From Mobula hypostoma (taxonomy: Eukaryota), in contig NC_086109.1 in the NCBI RefSeq assembly GCF_963921235.1, positions 21,330,001 to 21,394,000 of the forward strand: a stretch of 64,000 bases of DNA, written 5' to 3'. Under the pieces are notes generated by a model. The model did no database searches and had not been told where the DNA came from. It saw nothing but the letters and a program-made list of their open reading frames with translations. Every line of letters starts with the position of its first letter. Position 1 is the first letter of the stretch. Made by a program: the position numbers and the translations under genes. Of the stretch, positions 1 to 10,094 are shown one piece after another.

Positions 1-114
1 AAAAGCATTCGGAGGACAGACCACAATCAATTGTGTACTGACGATGTCCCCTTGTATGATAATAAAACGTTTGCAAGTAAATTGCCAACATCGGAGAACA
101 ACTCAATCCAACCA

Positions 115-268
115 TTTAAGAGACTCTTAGATAGGAACATGGATGAAAGGGAAATGGAGGGCAGTGTAGGAGAGAAAAGTTTGATTGATCATGGAGTAGA
201 TTAAAAAGTTTTTGCAACATTGTGGCTGAAGGGCCTGTACTGTGTTGTATTGTTCTATGTTCTATGCT
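115..268 (+). mobile_element. CR1 LINE extreme 3' end fragment
   Basis: FKRLLDRNMD-like end of ORF2, then 'gaagggcctgtactgtgttgtattgttctatgttctatg' tail; similar to the CR1 3' end at 51150-51298. Confidence 0.7.
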
Positions 269-485
269 TTCTGACCCTATCATTGTGTATGAGCCTTCTC
301 CTTGTTGCTCTTGGCTAATACAGTATATCACGAAGAGGCCAGTCATTCTCCTGGCCTCTTTCACCATTTGTCAGGATCATGGTTGAATCACCCCTCTCTT
401 AGTTACATCCTGCTTGGAATATTTGTATGAAGGAATTTTGACCAATCCTAGTTCAAAAAAATTTATTTCATAGAATCATAGATAG

Positions 486-669
486 TGTACCGTATAGCCT
501 ACAGTATAATAAGGGACTACTTTATGTTTTAGTAACACGTCATTGCATGTGCTATTAGGTGCATGTGTGCCGAGTTCGGTTTCTGCCAGTAATGAACCAT
601 GAACCTTATCTCCCGTCTCCAGCATTTTTATTAATAGCATTTTTATGTAACCAGGCCACATACACAACA
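486..669 (+). repeat. 5' LTR (184 bp)
   Basis: TG...CA ends; aligns to 4953-5151 with about 13 substitutions and two indels (hand count). Confidence 0.95.
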
Positions 670-672
670 ATT

Positions 673-683
673 TGGCGACAAGG
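673..683 (+). promoter_or_regulatory. Primer binding site (tRNA-Ser(GCU)-type)
   Basis: TGGCGACAAGG 3 nt after the LTR; one mismatch to TGGCGACGAGG, the complement of the tRNA-Ser(GCU) 3' end. Confidence 0.8.
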
Positions 684-963
684 TCAATGAACCTACATCA
701 TATCGGAACACCGTGTATTAACTGATAACGACATTCGGAAGAAGAGCGCAAAGAATGAGCCAAGGGGTGGAAGAAGGAGGCAGAGCGAGGCCGCGAGTCT
801 GAAGGGAAGCGAGAGCACAGCCATGGTTGGGAACTTTGGGAAACCAAGAGACACAGTCGGAGCCACAGCACGTCCAGCCGAGACCACAGCTGGCGCTGAC
901 CCCCAGGGGCTGAGGGTCTGCCTGCCCCAGAAGGGAGATAAAAAGGAGTGACACACACACATC

Positions 964-1545
964 TTGTCACATGACCCTGATGACTGTTGGTTTAAAGACA
1001 AAGAATGCAGAAACTGTGGCAAACAGGGCCACACTGGCAGAGTATGCAAAGCTAGAAAACAGCAACAAAAGGACAAACAGAGAAACAAGAAACCCCAGAA
1101 GGGAAAACACAACAATGTACACAAAACGGAAGAAAGCAGTTCTGATGAAAATGACTCAGATGCAAGTGAATTGTCTTGTCTGCAACTTCACAGCATGAAA
1201 GAGACAGATGATCAAAGAGTAATAAGGATCACTCCACAAGTGGCAGGAGTGAGACTGGAAATGGAGTTGGACACAGGCTCAGCTTTAACAGTGATCTCTG
1301 TACACGACTACAAATGACTGTTTTCTCACATACCTCTGAAACGAACTAAACTACTGCTAAAGACTTACACAGGACAGAAAGTGCATTCCAAAGGTAAAAT
1401 TAAAGTGACAGTGACCTACAGAGACAAAACACGGCAGGTGAACCTCTATGTACTGAAAAATGGAGGACCACCATTGCTGGGATGGGAATGGCTCAGGAAG
1501 TCCCAGTTGGATTGGCACACCATCAAGGCACTAGATTTGTCAACA
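964..1545 (+). pseudogene. Gypsy gag C-terminal zinc knuckle plus aspartic protease (one internal stop at 1315-1317)
   Basis: CRNCGKQGHTGRVC (CCHC), LEMELDTGSALTVIS (DTG active site), [15 protein letters not shown]; ORFs 964-1317 and 1381-1932 are in the same frame. Confidence 0.92.
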
Positions 1546-1569
1546 AAGGAGGGCAGCTCAGCGGGGAAG

Positions 1570-3462
1570 ATGTCTGCAGCTCTCCTCTCACCCATTGTCG
1601 ACTATTACAACGACGAGGAGGAGCTAGACAGCATCGACGATGAAGACAAATGCAGTATCCGTGGCCGCGACTCAGATGAAGATACAGAGGATGCAAGGGA
1701 GACAGATATTGCCAATAAGCAGGATGATGAAGACTACCTGGAAGTAAAAGAGCAGATGTACCAGGAGAAATGGACATCTCTCAAAAGAGAGCTACAGCAG
1801 TTAACAGGAAGGCACTTTGCAGGAGTATCAGAAAAAGATGAAGAAACTAGATCAACAATACAAGGAAAGAACGAGAAACGCAGAGCTTTTTCTGCAACTG
1901 AAGACAGAACAAGTGGAAAGGAATTATATTAAAGAGGAGAAAGCAGCAGTGAAGGAATTTGAAGATAAAAAGAGTGAGTTAGAAGAAAAGAAAAAGATGA
2001 TTGAGAATGAGAGGCTAACAATGGAACTCACAGGAGATTCTATAGAGGTAAAGTCAATAACGACTAGGAAAGTAAGGAGGAGACCTAATGACCCTATTCC
2101 AATTACCGACAAAAGACGAAAACCTGCACCTGCGCAGTTAAATTACTTGTTAACAGATGAACAGATAATGGAAGATCTGCAAACTCTCAATAAGCTTAAA
2201 TCTCTGAAAAGACCAGCATCTCCATTCAAACAGAACAGCTTTCACACAAGGTAAATCTCGAACCGATCATTTCCTCCACTGAGAATCATACACTTAATCC
2301 TTTGCAGGGAAGTTTCTTTTGCCCGTACATAGTTTGAATCCTCAGCCAATGTGCCTTGTTTTTCACAAAGAAGTTGGGAAACAGCATCAAAACAGAGGGG
2401 AATGCTGGCAACAATCTGTAAGGTTTCTATTGTTGTATTTTCACACTTGTGCTGAATGTGCACCTGAAGGAATTCTCCCTCTTGAGCCAGACCAATAGCA
2501 CTGCAGGTAATCCTTAATGTCAGCAAAACTGTACCTTAACAGTAGTTTAAGAACAATGGAATGAACAACAGGATTTCGATCAACTGTTTCATCAAATGGT
2601 GAACGATTACTGGTAATGTACTGATCTTTCTGTGAGTCGTTGGATTGCCCCAACTTTTGAATAACCAGCAGAGACAGCAGATCATTAACCACTTCTTTGT
2701 TGGTGACAAGTCATCTTTGAAGCAGACCATGGAAACTGAAGCTACGAAAAATGCATCACACCTCTTGCGAAATAGGACTAATTTTGCTACAGCTTCACTT
2801 ATTTCTTCTGTTACCGCTGGTACATAATCATCACCAAGAGAAGTATGGCACAGTGGGCAGAGTCGTTGTCCAGATTCAAGCCCCCACTTTATACATTTTA
2901 AACAGTGAAAATGATCACATGGAAGCAGGATGGGATCGTTGAGTTCTCCTAAGCAAATAGTACATTTTTTTCAGATCATACCTGAAGAACAGACATCCTG
3001 TACTATTTTTACAGTCCCTGAGGACCTGAACCACAGCCCGAAAGAGCCCTTGGGTTCAGAGTTACTGTTCAAACTCCTTGCAAGTTGACCAGCGTAGAAT
3101 GCAACCTTGTTCTCCAATTTATCATGTATTTCTTTAACTCCCAAAATGATGTGTTCCACAGAATATGACAGCATCTCCGTCTTCTCCTGAGCATCTTCCC
3201 AGCGCTCCAGCTGAATCACCAGCACAAAGATATGAAGCACAAAGTAGAAGATGGAAAGTTATATTACGATAAGAGATGGTGTCATAAAGGTAAGGCTATT
3301 TATTTGGAATCTAAGGAGAATACAAAGATTGGCTGTGTAATTAGCTCAGCTGGAAGAAATGAGATACGGGTAAGGAAGACAAGTGATAGCACAAAGATGC
3401 GTATATATCTAGGACAGCTGCACAGAGGAATCTTCATTATACGGAGGCGATCTGCTGCCTAG
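1570..3462 (+). pseudogene. SUDS3: Processed (intronless) SUDS3/SDS3 copy, Sin3-HDAC corepressor subunit; interrupted at 2224-3168; frameshifts near 1804 and 3242
   Basis: [132 protein letters not shown] matches recalled vertebrate SUDS3 from start to stop. Confidence 0.95.
2224..3168 (-). pseudogene. RNF213: Intron-free RNF213 (mysterin) fragment covering the RING domain region, frameshifted
   Basis: Minus-strand translation: VEHIILG..; CTICLGELNDPILLPCDHFHCLKCIKWGLESGQRLCPLC (RING, about 2847-2964); CFKDD.SP; SPFDETVDRNPVVHSIVLKLLLRYSFADIKDYLQ; ..NDRFEIYLV. Collinear with recalled human RNF213 (CSICLGDAKDPVCLPCDHVHCLRC; SPFNDVVDKTPVIRSVILKLLLKYSFHDVKDYIQ; NDWHRVYLV). Confidence 0.9.
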
Positions 3463-3569
3463 AACTCTTCGCAAGTTGGAGGCGCACATCTTCTTAACTC
3501 CCTATGCTCAGAGGTCAACTTTTCATGACTTTTATATGGAAATCTGTATTAAAACCAAACAAGTTTATT

Positions 3570-3606
3570 GACAGATGTTACCTGGAGAGGCAAAGAAGAC
3601 CCCCGC
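3570..3606 (+). pseudogene. Probable Gypsy pol C-terminal tail remnant (retrotransposon sequence resumes)
   Basis: gac aga tgt tac ctg gag agg caa aga aga ccc ccg = DRCYLERQRRPP, resembling the RRYPxRxRRPP end of fish Gypsy pol. Confidence 0.55.
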
Positions 3607-3739
3607 CCCCCCCCCCGGGGTCCTGAGTTATAAATGGGTCTAAGACCAAAAGTAAAAAAAAACGCTTGTTATAATTGTGTTACTTTGTTATAGTTTGATA
3701 TTATTAAGTTATAAGTAAACAAATGGTAGGTGTTTGTAT

Positions 3740-4506
3740 TTAAAAACACAAACAACAGGAATTCTGCAGTTGCTGGAAATTCAAGCAACACACATAAAAG
3801 TTGCTGGTGAACGCAACTTTTTGGGGTGATATACTGCATCTGGTGCTCCCAATGTGGCCTTTTATATATTGGCGAGACCCGACACAGACTGGGAGACCGC
3901 TTTGCTGAACACCTACGCTCTGTCCGCCAGAGAAAGCAGGATCTCCCAGTGGCCACACATTTTAATTCCACATCCCATTCCCATTCTGACATGTCTATCC
4001 ACAACCTCCTCTACTGTAAAGATGAAGCCACACTCAAGTTGGAGGAACAACACCTTATATTCCGTCTGGGTAGCCTCCAACCTGATGGCATGAACATCGA
4101 CTTCTCTAACTTCCGCTAATGCCCCACCTCCCCTGCGTACCCCATCTGTTACTTATTTTTTTACACACATTCTTTCTCTCACTCTCATTTTTCTCCCTCT
4201 GTCCTTCTGAATATACCCCTTGCCCATCCTCTGGGTCCCCCCGCCCTTGTCTTTCTTCCCGGACCTCCTGTCCCATGATCCTCTCGTATCCCTTTTGCCT
4301 ATCACCTGTACAGCTCTTGGCTCCATCCCTCCCCCTCCTGTCTTCTCCTATCATTTTGGATCTCCCCCTCCCCCTCCAACTTTCAAATCCCTTACTCACT
4401 CTTCCTTCAGTTAGTCCTGACGAAGGGTCTTGGCCTGAAACGTCGACTGCACCTCTTCCTAGAGATGCTGCCTGGCCTGCTGCGTTCACCAGCAACTTTT
4501 ATGTGT
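3740..4506 (+). mobile_element. 5'-truncated Penelope-like element (GIY-YIG end plus pLTR, inverted pLTR at 5' side)
   Basis: ORF 3826-4119 IYCIWCSQCGLLYIGET.HRLGDRFAEH (GIY-YIG); 3787-3814 is an inverted copy of 4481-4508; TSD gtaggtgtttgtat at 3726-3739 and 4507-4520. Confidence 0.92.
4413..4448 (+). ncRNA. Minimal type I hammerhead ribozyme in Penelope pLTR
   Basis: agtc-CTGACGA-agggtcttggcct-GAAA-c-GTC-gact: stem I agtc/gact, complete catalytic core, GUC cleavage triplet. Confidence 0.75.
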
Positions 4507-4526
4507 GTAGGTGTTTGTATATTAAT

Positions 4527-4872
4527 ATCATAGTCATAGTCATACTTTATTGATCCCGGGGGAAATTGGTTTTCATTACAGTTGCACCATAAATAATAAA
4601 TAGTAATAAAACCATAAATAGTTAAATAGTAATATGTAAATTATGCCAGGAAATAAGTCCAGGACCAGCCTATTGGCTCAGGGTGTCTGACCCTCCAAGG
4701 GAGGAGTTGTAAAGTTTGATGGCCACAGGCAGGAATGACTTCCTATGACGCTCTGTGTTGCATCTCGGTGGAATGAGTCTCTGGCTGAATGTACTCCTGT
4801 GCCCACCCAGTACATTATGTAATGGATGGGAGACATTGTCCAAGATGGCATGCAACTTGGACAGCATCCTCT
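4527..4872 (-). mobile_element. Rex1/Babar-type LINE 3' end
   Basis: ILDNVSHPLH..RLIPPRCNTERHRKSFLPVAIKLYN; (tatgac)n tail on the minus strand. Confidence 0.8.
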
Positions 4873-4935
4873 TTAACAGTAAACATATTTGCTTAGCATA
4901 GTGCCCCAGTAAAAAAAAACAGTTGATACACTATT

Positions 4936-4952
4936 AAAAAAAAGGGAAGGAG
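4936..4952 (+). promoter_or_regulatory. Polypurine tract
   Basis: aaaaaaaagggaaggag directly before the TG of the 3' LTR. Confidence 0.9.
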
Positions 4953-5151
4953 TGTACTGTATAGCCTACAGTATAATAAGGGGACTACTTTATGTATTAG
5001 TAACACGTTGTTGCATGCGCTATTAGGTGCGTATTGATCTGTACGTGTGTGTCGAGTTCGGTTTCTGCCAGTAGAGAACCATGAACCTTAGCTCCCGTCT
5101 CCAGCATTTTTATTAATAGCATTGTTGTGTCACCAGGCCACATACACAACA
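4953..5151 (+). repeat. 3' LTR (199 bp)
   Basis: Direct repeat of 486-669, followed by TSD GATAG. Confidence 0.95.
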
Positions 5152-6319
5152 GATAGATAGAACATAGAAACAGGCCACTCGACCCACAGAGTCCGTGCCA
5201 TCCATCAACAGCCTATTTACCCTTATCCTATATTAACCCCGTTCTCCCCGCTCCAAATATAAACAGCATTGTGAGTGAGAGAGTGCCAGATCCCCAACTA
5301 CTCTTCATGTGAGGAAGTTCTTCCTGAGTAGCTGAGTTCTAATCTGGACACCCCAGATTACCCAAACCCCACCATCCAGCGAATACCACACAGCTATACC
5401 ACTCACCCTGTATCAGCTCCCAGGCAAATATTTCAATTATTATAACAATCTCAAAACCCCTCTTTTACTATGCTCAAAGGAATATAATGCCAGTCTCTGC
5501 AAAATGAACTTAGACTTTCTTCCTTATATTAAATCTTGATGCCAAAGAGGCACAGGGAACTAAAAAGGTCAGCAGGCCAAGTGATGTCTGTGAATAAAAT
5601 AGACATCTCAGCAATCTTTATCAATTCTTTTAATGGCAGCTTGAAATGTTAACTTAAACTGCAGAATCATAGGAATATACTGTATGGAAAGAGACCTTTT
5701 ATCTCGTTAAGACTATGGTTGCTCTTTGAAAGAACTGGACGTTTTGCACGTTCCTCTTCGTCCTCTAACTGTTCACCTGCATTTCAGAATTGTCTGTGGG
5801 ATCTTGTCCCACCCTTCAATCAGCTCAAGCATACCAGATTCTAACAACGTCTCAAATGAAAAGGAATCTCTCCAGCTGACTTGAAATCAGTGGCTTCAAG
5901 CTAACAACGTGCTCACCAGAGAGAATCACTTTTGCAAACCTCTATGCAGCAACATCTTAACCTAACTGTTCCCAGGAAACCAAACTTCCAGAAGCCGCCA
6001 TACAAGCTGAAATACTCATCCATGCTAATGTTTACTGTACCCCTTCAATCTATCGGGCCCAACTTGTCTACAACACTCCAAATGAGTGATAATGGCGTGT
6101 TTTTACAGAGTTATTCTAATGCCTTTTCCATTCACCTATTCATCAATCATTTATGAGTCCGGTATTTTCTCATTCTGTTTCTGACTCTGTTTCTTTTTTT
6201 CTGACATAAATTGTCCCTTCCACTGATCTTCCTCCTGGCACATATCCCTGCAAGTGGCCTAATTGTTACACCTGCCCACTCACCTCCTCCCTCACCTCCA
6301 TTTCGGGCCCCAAACAGTC

Positions 6320-7145
6320 CTAAAATGCCGAGGAACTCAGCAGGCCGGGCAGTATCCATGGAAAAGGGCAAACAGTCGATGTTTAGCGACCAGACCCTTC
6401 ATTAGAAACGTTGACTGTTTACTCTTTTCCATAGATGCTGCCTGGCCCGCTGAGTTCCTCCAGCATTTCGTTTAAGCTGCTTGGATTTCCAGCATCAGCA
6501 GAGTTTCTCGTGTTTGTACCCCAAATAGTCCTGCTGGGTGAGGGAACACTTCACCTGCTGGGGCTGCCTTTTGTGTCCGGTGCTCCCAATGTGGCCTCTA
6601 CATTGGTGAGACCTGTCACAAATCAGGGGGACGGCGTTGTCGAGCACCTCTGCTCCATTTGCCGAAAGCGGAACTTCCCAATGGCCAAATATTTTACTTC
6701 CGATTCCCATTCTGACATGTTGGTCCATAGCCTCCTCGTGCCAAGATGAGACCACCCTCAGGGTGGAGGAGCAACACCTTATATTCTGTCTGGGTAGCCT
6801 CCAACCTGTTCCCCCCTCCCCTCTTATTCTATCCCCCATTCTTTCCTCTTCTCACCTACCTATCACCTCCCTCCAGATCCCCTCCTCCTTTTCTTGCTCC
6901 TTTGGTCCAATCTCCTCTCCTATCAGATTTCTTCCTCTCCAGTCCTTTATCTTTCCCACCCACCTGGCTTCACCTATCAATGTCAAGCTATCGTCCTTCT
7001 CCTCCCCCCAACTTTTTATTCTGGCCCCTTCCTCCTTCCTTTCCAATCCTGAAGAAGGGACTCGACCTGAAACGTGAACTGCTTATTCATTTCCATAGAT
7101 GCTGTCTGAACCTGCTGAGTTCCTCCAGCATTTTGAGTGTGTTGA
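6320..7145 (+). mobile_element. Degenerate Penelope-like element
   Basis: GIY-YIG remnant (EEQHLIFCLGSLQP), pyrimidine-rich tract, pLTR with degenerate hammerhead at about 7045-7080; head-to-head pLTR pieces at 6320-6515. Confidence 0.8.
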
Positions 7146-7277
7146 TATAAATTTGAAATGTGTTTATTAGTTCCCTTCTCTTCTGGACATGAATACACTG
7201 CATTATTGAAGTAGCAAAGCAGCAGGCTTGTTTGCTGCGACACCTCAGGTGTGAGCTGAGGGTCATCTATATTGGCA

Positions 7278-7972
7278 TATAGCCCCCCTGGCCAGCCTCA
7301 GGGTTGCTCATCTCGCTGTCGTCTAGGGAAACAGCCCTTGGCCCCGCCAAACTGGGTAATTAATTTGTGTGGATGCTGTGCGATATACCCCACCCTGCCA
7401 AATAACAGACAATACACCAGATAAAATTAAATGAATTACAGTTTATCGATAGTACTGGAGCTATATAAATAATAGAGATAAAATATAAAAGGAAAATAAA
7501 AGGCGCCACACTTATCAAAGTTCAATCTCTTCGTGCACAAACAGTTGGAGCTCAGGACCCTCCTTCTTCACCCTGCAATCCCCTCGGACCACCTCGACCT
7601 GCCGCCTGGGACCAACAACGGTGGTCGACCAGACGCTCCACATGAGTCCGTCTCTGTCTCCTCTCCTCGTCGAATATCCTGGACCTCGCAGTCCTGCTCG
7701 GGGTCCGACCCCGTTAGCCAACTCACAGCACCTTGTCCATCCTCTCTCTCTCTCTCTCTCTCTCACACGCCTTCTGTCCAAAAACCCGCACATCACGATA
7801 ACTTACAGACACACTAGAAAGAATAACATCTATCCCAATTGGTTTGTTCACTCTCTTATCAATAACATAATCCAAGCAAACTGCTAGCAGGAGGACTTTC
7901 TCAGCAGTTAACATAACAAAGAAGCCATTTTAATTAGCCTACACAGTAACATAAAAGAAGAAACCCCTTACA
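7278..7972 (-). mobile_element. Solo LTR
   Basis: Reverse-complement homologue of 19497-20150; minus-strand start TGTAAGGGG; 4-bp TSD GGCA at 7274-7277 and 7973-7976. Confidence 0.85.
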
Positions 7973-8124
7973 GGCATTGAGCTGGCCAGCCCGAGGGGTA
8001 AAATGGCCTGCTGTTATTTCAATGTTCCTACAAGTCACATTGAACTTTCCTGCTCTGAGAACAGAAGAAGAGAAAGGAAGAGTGGGCCACATTGTGTTTT
8101 GATCCACTCAATAAAATCATAGCA

Positions 8125-8420
8125 GAACAGGCAGCAGTTAGCGCAATAGCTTTACAGCGCCAGAGATCACTGATTGGGGTTCGATTCCTGTTGTCTGCTG
8201 TGAGTTTGTATGTTTTGCCCGTGACTGTGGGTGCTTTGGTTTCCTTCCACATTCCAAAAATGTACAAATAGGGTTAGTGAGCTGTGGGCAAGCTCAGTTA
8301 GCATTGGAATTGTGCTGACACTTGCAGGCTGCCCCAGCGCATGGATGATGCAAGCAGTGCATTTCACTGCATGTTTTGATGTACATGTGATAAATAAAGC
8401 TAATCTTTAATCTCTTTTAA
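8125..8420 (+). mobile_element. tRNA-derived V-SINE/HE1-like SINE
   Basis: B-box-like ggttcgattcc followed by the 'gagtttgtatgtt...cccgtgactg.gggt...ggtttcct.ccacattccaaa' core; related copies at about 32630, 51300 and 62130. Confidence 0.7.
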
Positions 8421-8908
8421 TATCTGATCTTTGATGTCAACTTTTGTCTGTTTGCTTCTGTTGCTCTATCTACTATATCTCAGCCTTGAAAACATTGTGA
8501 ATTCCAAAGAGTCACAATCTCTCAGGGTTGAAATTCCTCCTTATTTCCATTTTATCATGGGATTATGTCATCTAATTCTTGACTCCCCACCAGATGAATT
8601 AACCTCACAGAATCTACCCCTGTCAAGCTTTCTCAGGAATTTGTGTTTATACGAGGCTGCCTTGCATTCTTTTAAACTCCAAGATGTAAAGGGTGCATCC
8701 TGTTTCATTCTTTTCTCATAAAATAATCCCTCATTCCAGGAAATTATTTAATGAACCACTGCATCAACTCCAAAGAATGCACATCCCTCCTTAAATGAGA
8801 AATCTAAATCTGTGTTCTTCCTAAGACTCTTCGCAGGTAAAGTGAAAACATTACTACTCATGTATTCCATTTTGTTTGCAATAGCAGCCAATGCTTCATT
8901 TATTTTTA

Positions 8909-10046
8909 CACTCAGAGACCATTTTATTAGGTACACCTGCTCGTTAATGCAAATATCTAATCAGCCAATCATGTGGCAGCAACTCAATGCATAAAAGGTT
9001 CAAAAGTACAATTTAATGTCAGAGAAATGTATACAATATACATCCTGAAATGCTTTTTCTTCGCAACCATCCATGAAAACTGAGGAGTGCCCCAAAGAAT
9101 GAATGACAGTTAAAAGTTAGAACCCCAAAGCTCCCCCCACCCCAGATCCCCCCCTCCCACATGTAGGCAGCAGCAAGCAACTATGGCCCCTTCCCCTAAA
9201 AAGGGAGAAAGAGCTGTCTCCATTTTCCCAGCAAGTGGGGAGACATAACAAACAACTTGCTGGTTTACGACATTATAAGTTCGTTACGTCGCTTTTTTCA
9301 AGCTCTGTGCCTGAAGGTCGCAAAGATCCCGGGTGTCCAGGCACACAACAGATATCTCGACTCCCCCGACGACAGACAGATCTCCTGTCATGACACTGAC
9401 CTCCAATCCACCTGTCTCCAGAACCCTGAGATCCTAGGCTTCTGAATTCGAGCCAGTCTTGTAGGCCGTGCCTTTGGCATGCCGAGCCTTGAGAGCGGGT
9501 CCCATTCCCGCAAAAAACCATAGTCAGTGTGTAACTCCAGGTCACGTTCTTCAAAAGAACCCTGAAGGGGAAAAATAGAGATATTAAAGATGGAAATAGA
9601 GCTGTTTCCGACGATGCAAGCAAAGGAGTTGCTGTTAGGCGCCATTAACCCTCCTAAGCTCCGCCTTCTATTGCATGCAGATGTGGTTCAGTTGTTCAGA
9701 CCAAACAAGAGAATGGGGAAGGAATGATTATTGGTGCCAACAGGGTGGATTGAGTATCTCAGAAACTGTTGATTTCCCAGTATTTTCACATATAACAGTC
9801 TTCAGAATTTACAGAGAATGGTACAGAAAAAAAATCAACAAGCAGCAGTTTTGTGAATGAAAATGCCTTGGTAATGAAAGAGGTTGGAGGAGAATTGACT
9901 GGTTCAAGCTGACGGAAGGGTGGCAGTAACTAAAATAACCACACATTACAACAGTGGTGTGCAGAAGAGCACTGCACATCGAACCTTGAAGTGTATGGGC
10001 TATGGCAGCAGAAGCCCACAAACTCTGTGGCCACTTTATTAGGTAC
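8909..10046 (+). mobile_element. Tc1-like non-autonomous transposon, interrupted by 8995-9665
   Basis: TIR cactcag..ccactttattaggtaca after TA; transposase N-terminal remnant GLSISETVDFPVFSHITVFRIYREW. Confidence 0.75.
8995..9665 (-). mobile_element. Non-coding non-autonomous retroposon, family A
   Basis: Homologous to 34028-34883 (+) and 46482-47290 (-); starts ATGGCGCC on its own strand and ends in a ttgaacct-type tail. Confidence 0.75.
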
Positions 10047-10094
10047 AATACAGTCAACTGACAGCATACGGGTATAGTGAGACTATCTACACTG

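Larger units (their letters stand above)
486..5151 (+). mobile_element. Non-autonomous Gypsy-type LTR retrotransposon carrying captured host cDNAs
   Basis: Direct-repeat LTRs at 486-669 and 4953-5151 (TGTAC...CAACA); TSD GATAG at 481-485 and 5152-5156; PBS after the 5' LTR; PPT before the 3' LTR; gag zinc knuckle and protease inside. Confidence 0.95.

Noticed and set aside
1570..3462. Functional SUDS3 gene with an intron at 2224-3168
   Set aside because: The insert lacks GT-AG ends, is flanked by a 10-bp duplication and encodes antisense RNF213. SUDS3 also has frameshifts and a short deletion and lies inside an LTR element.
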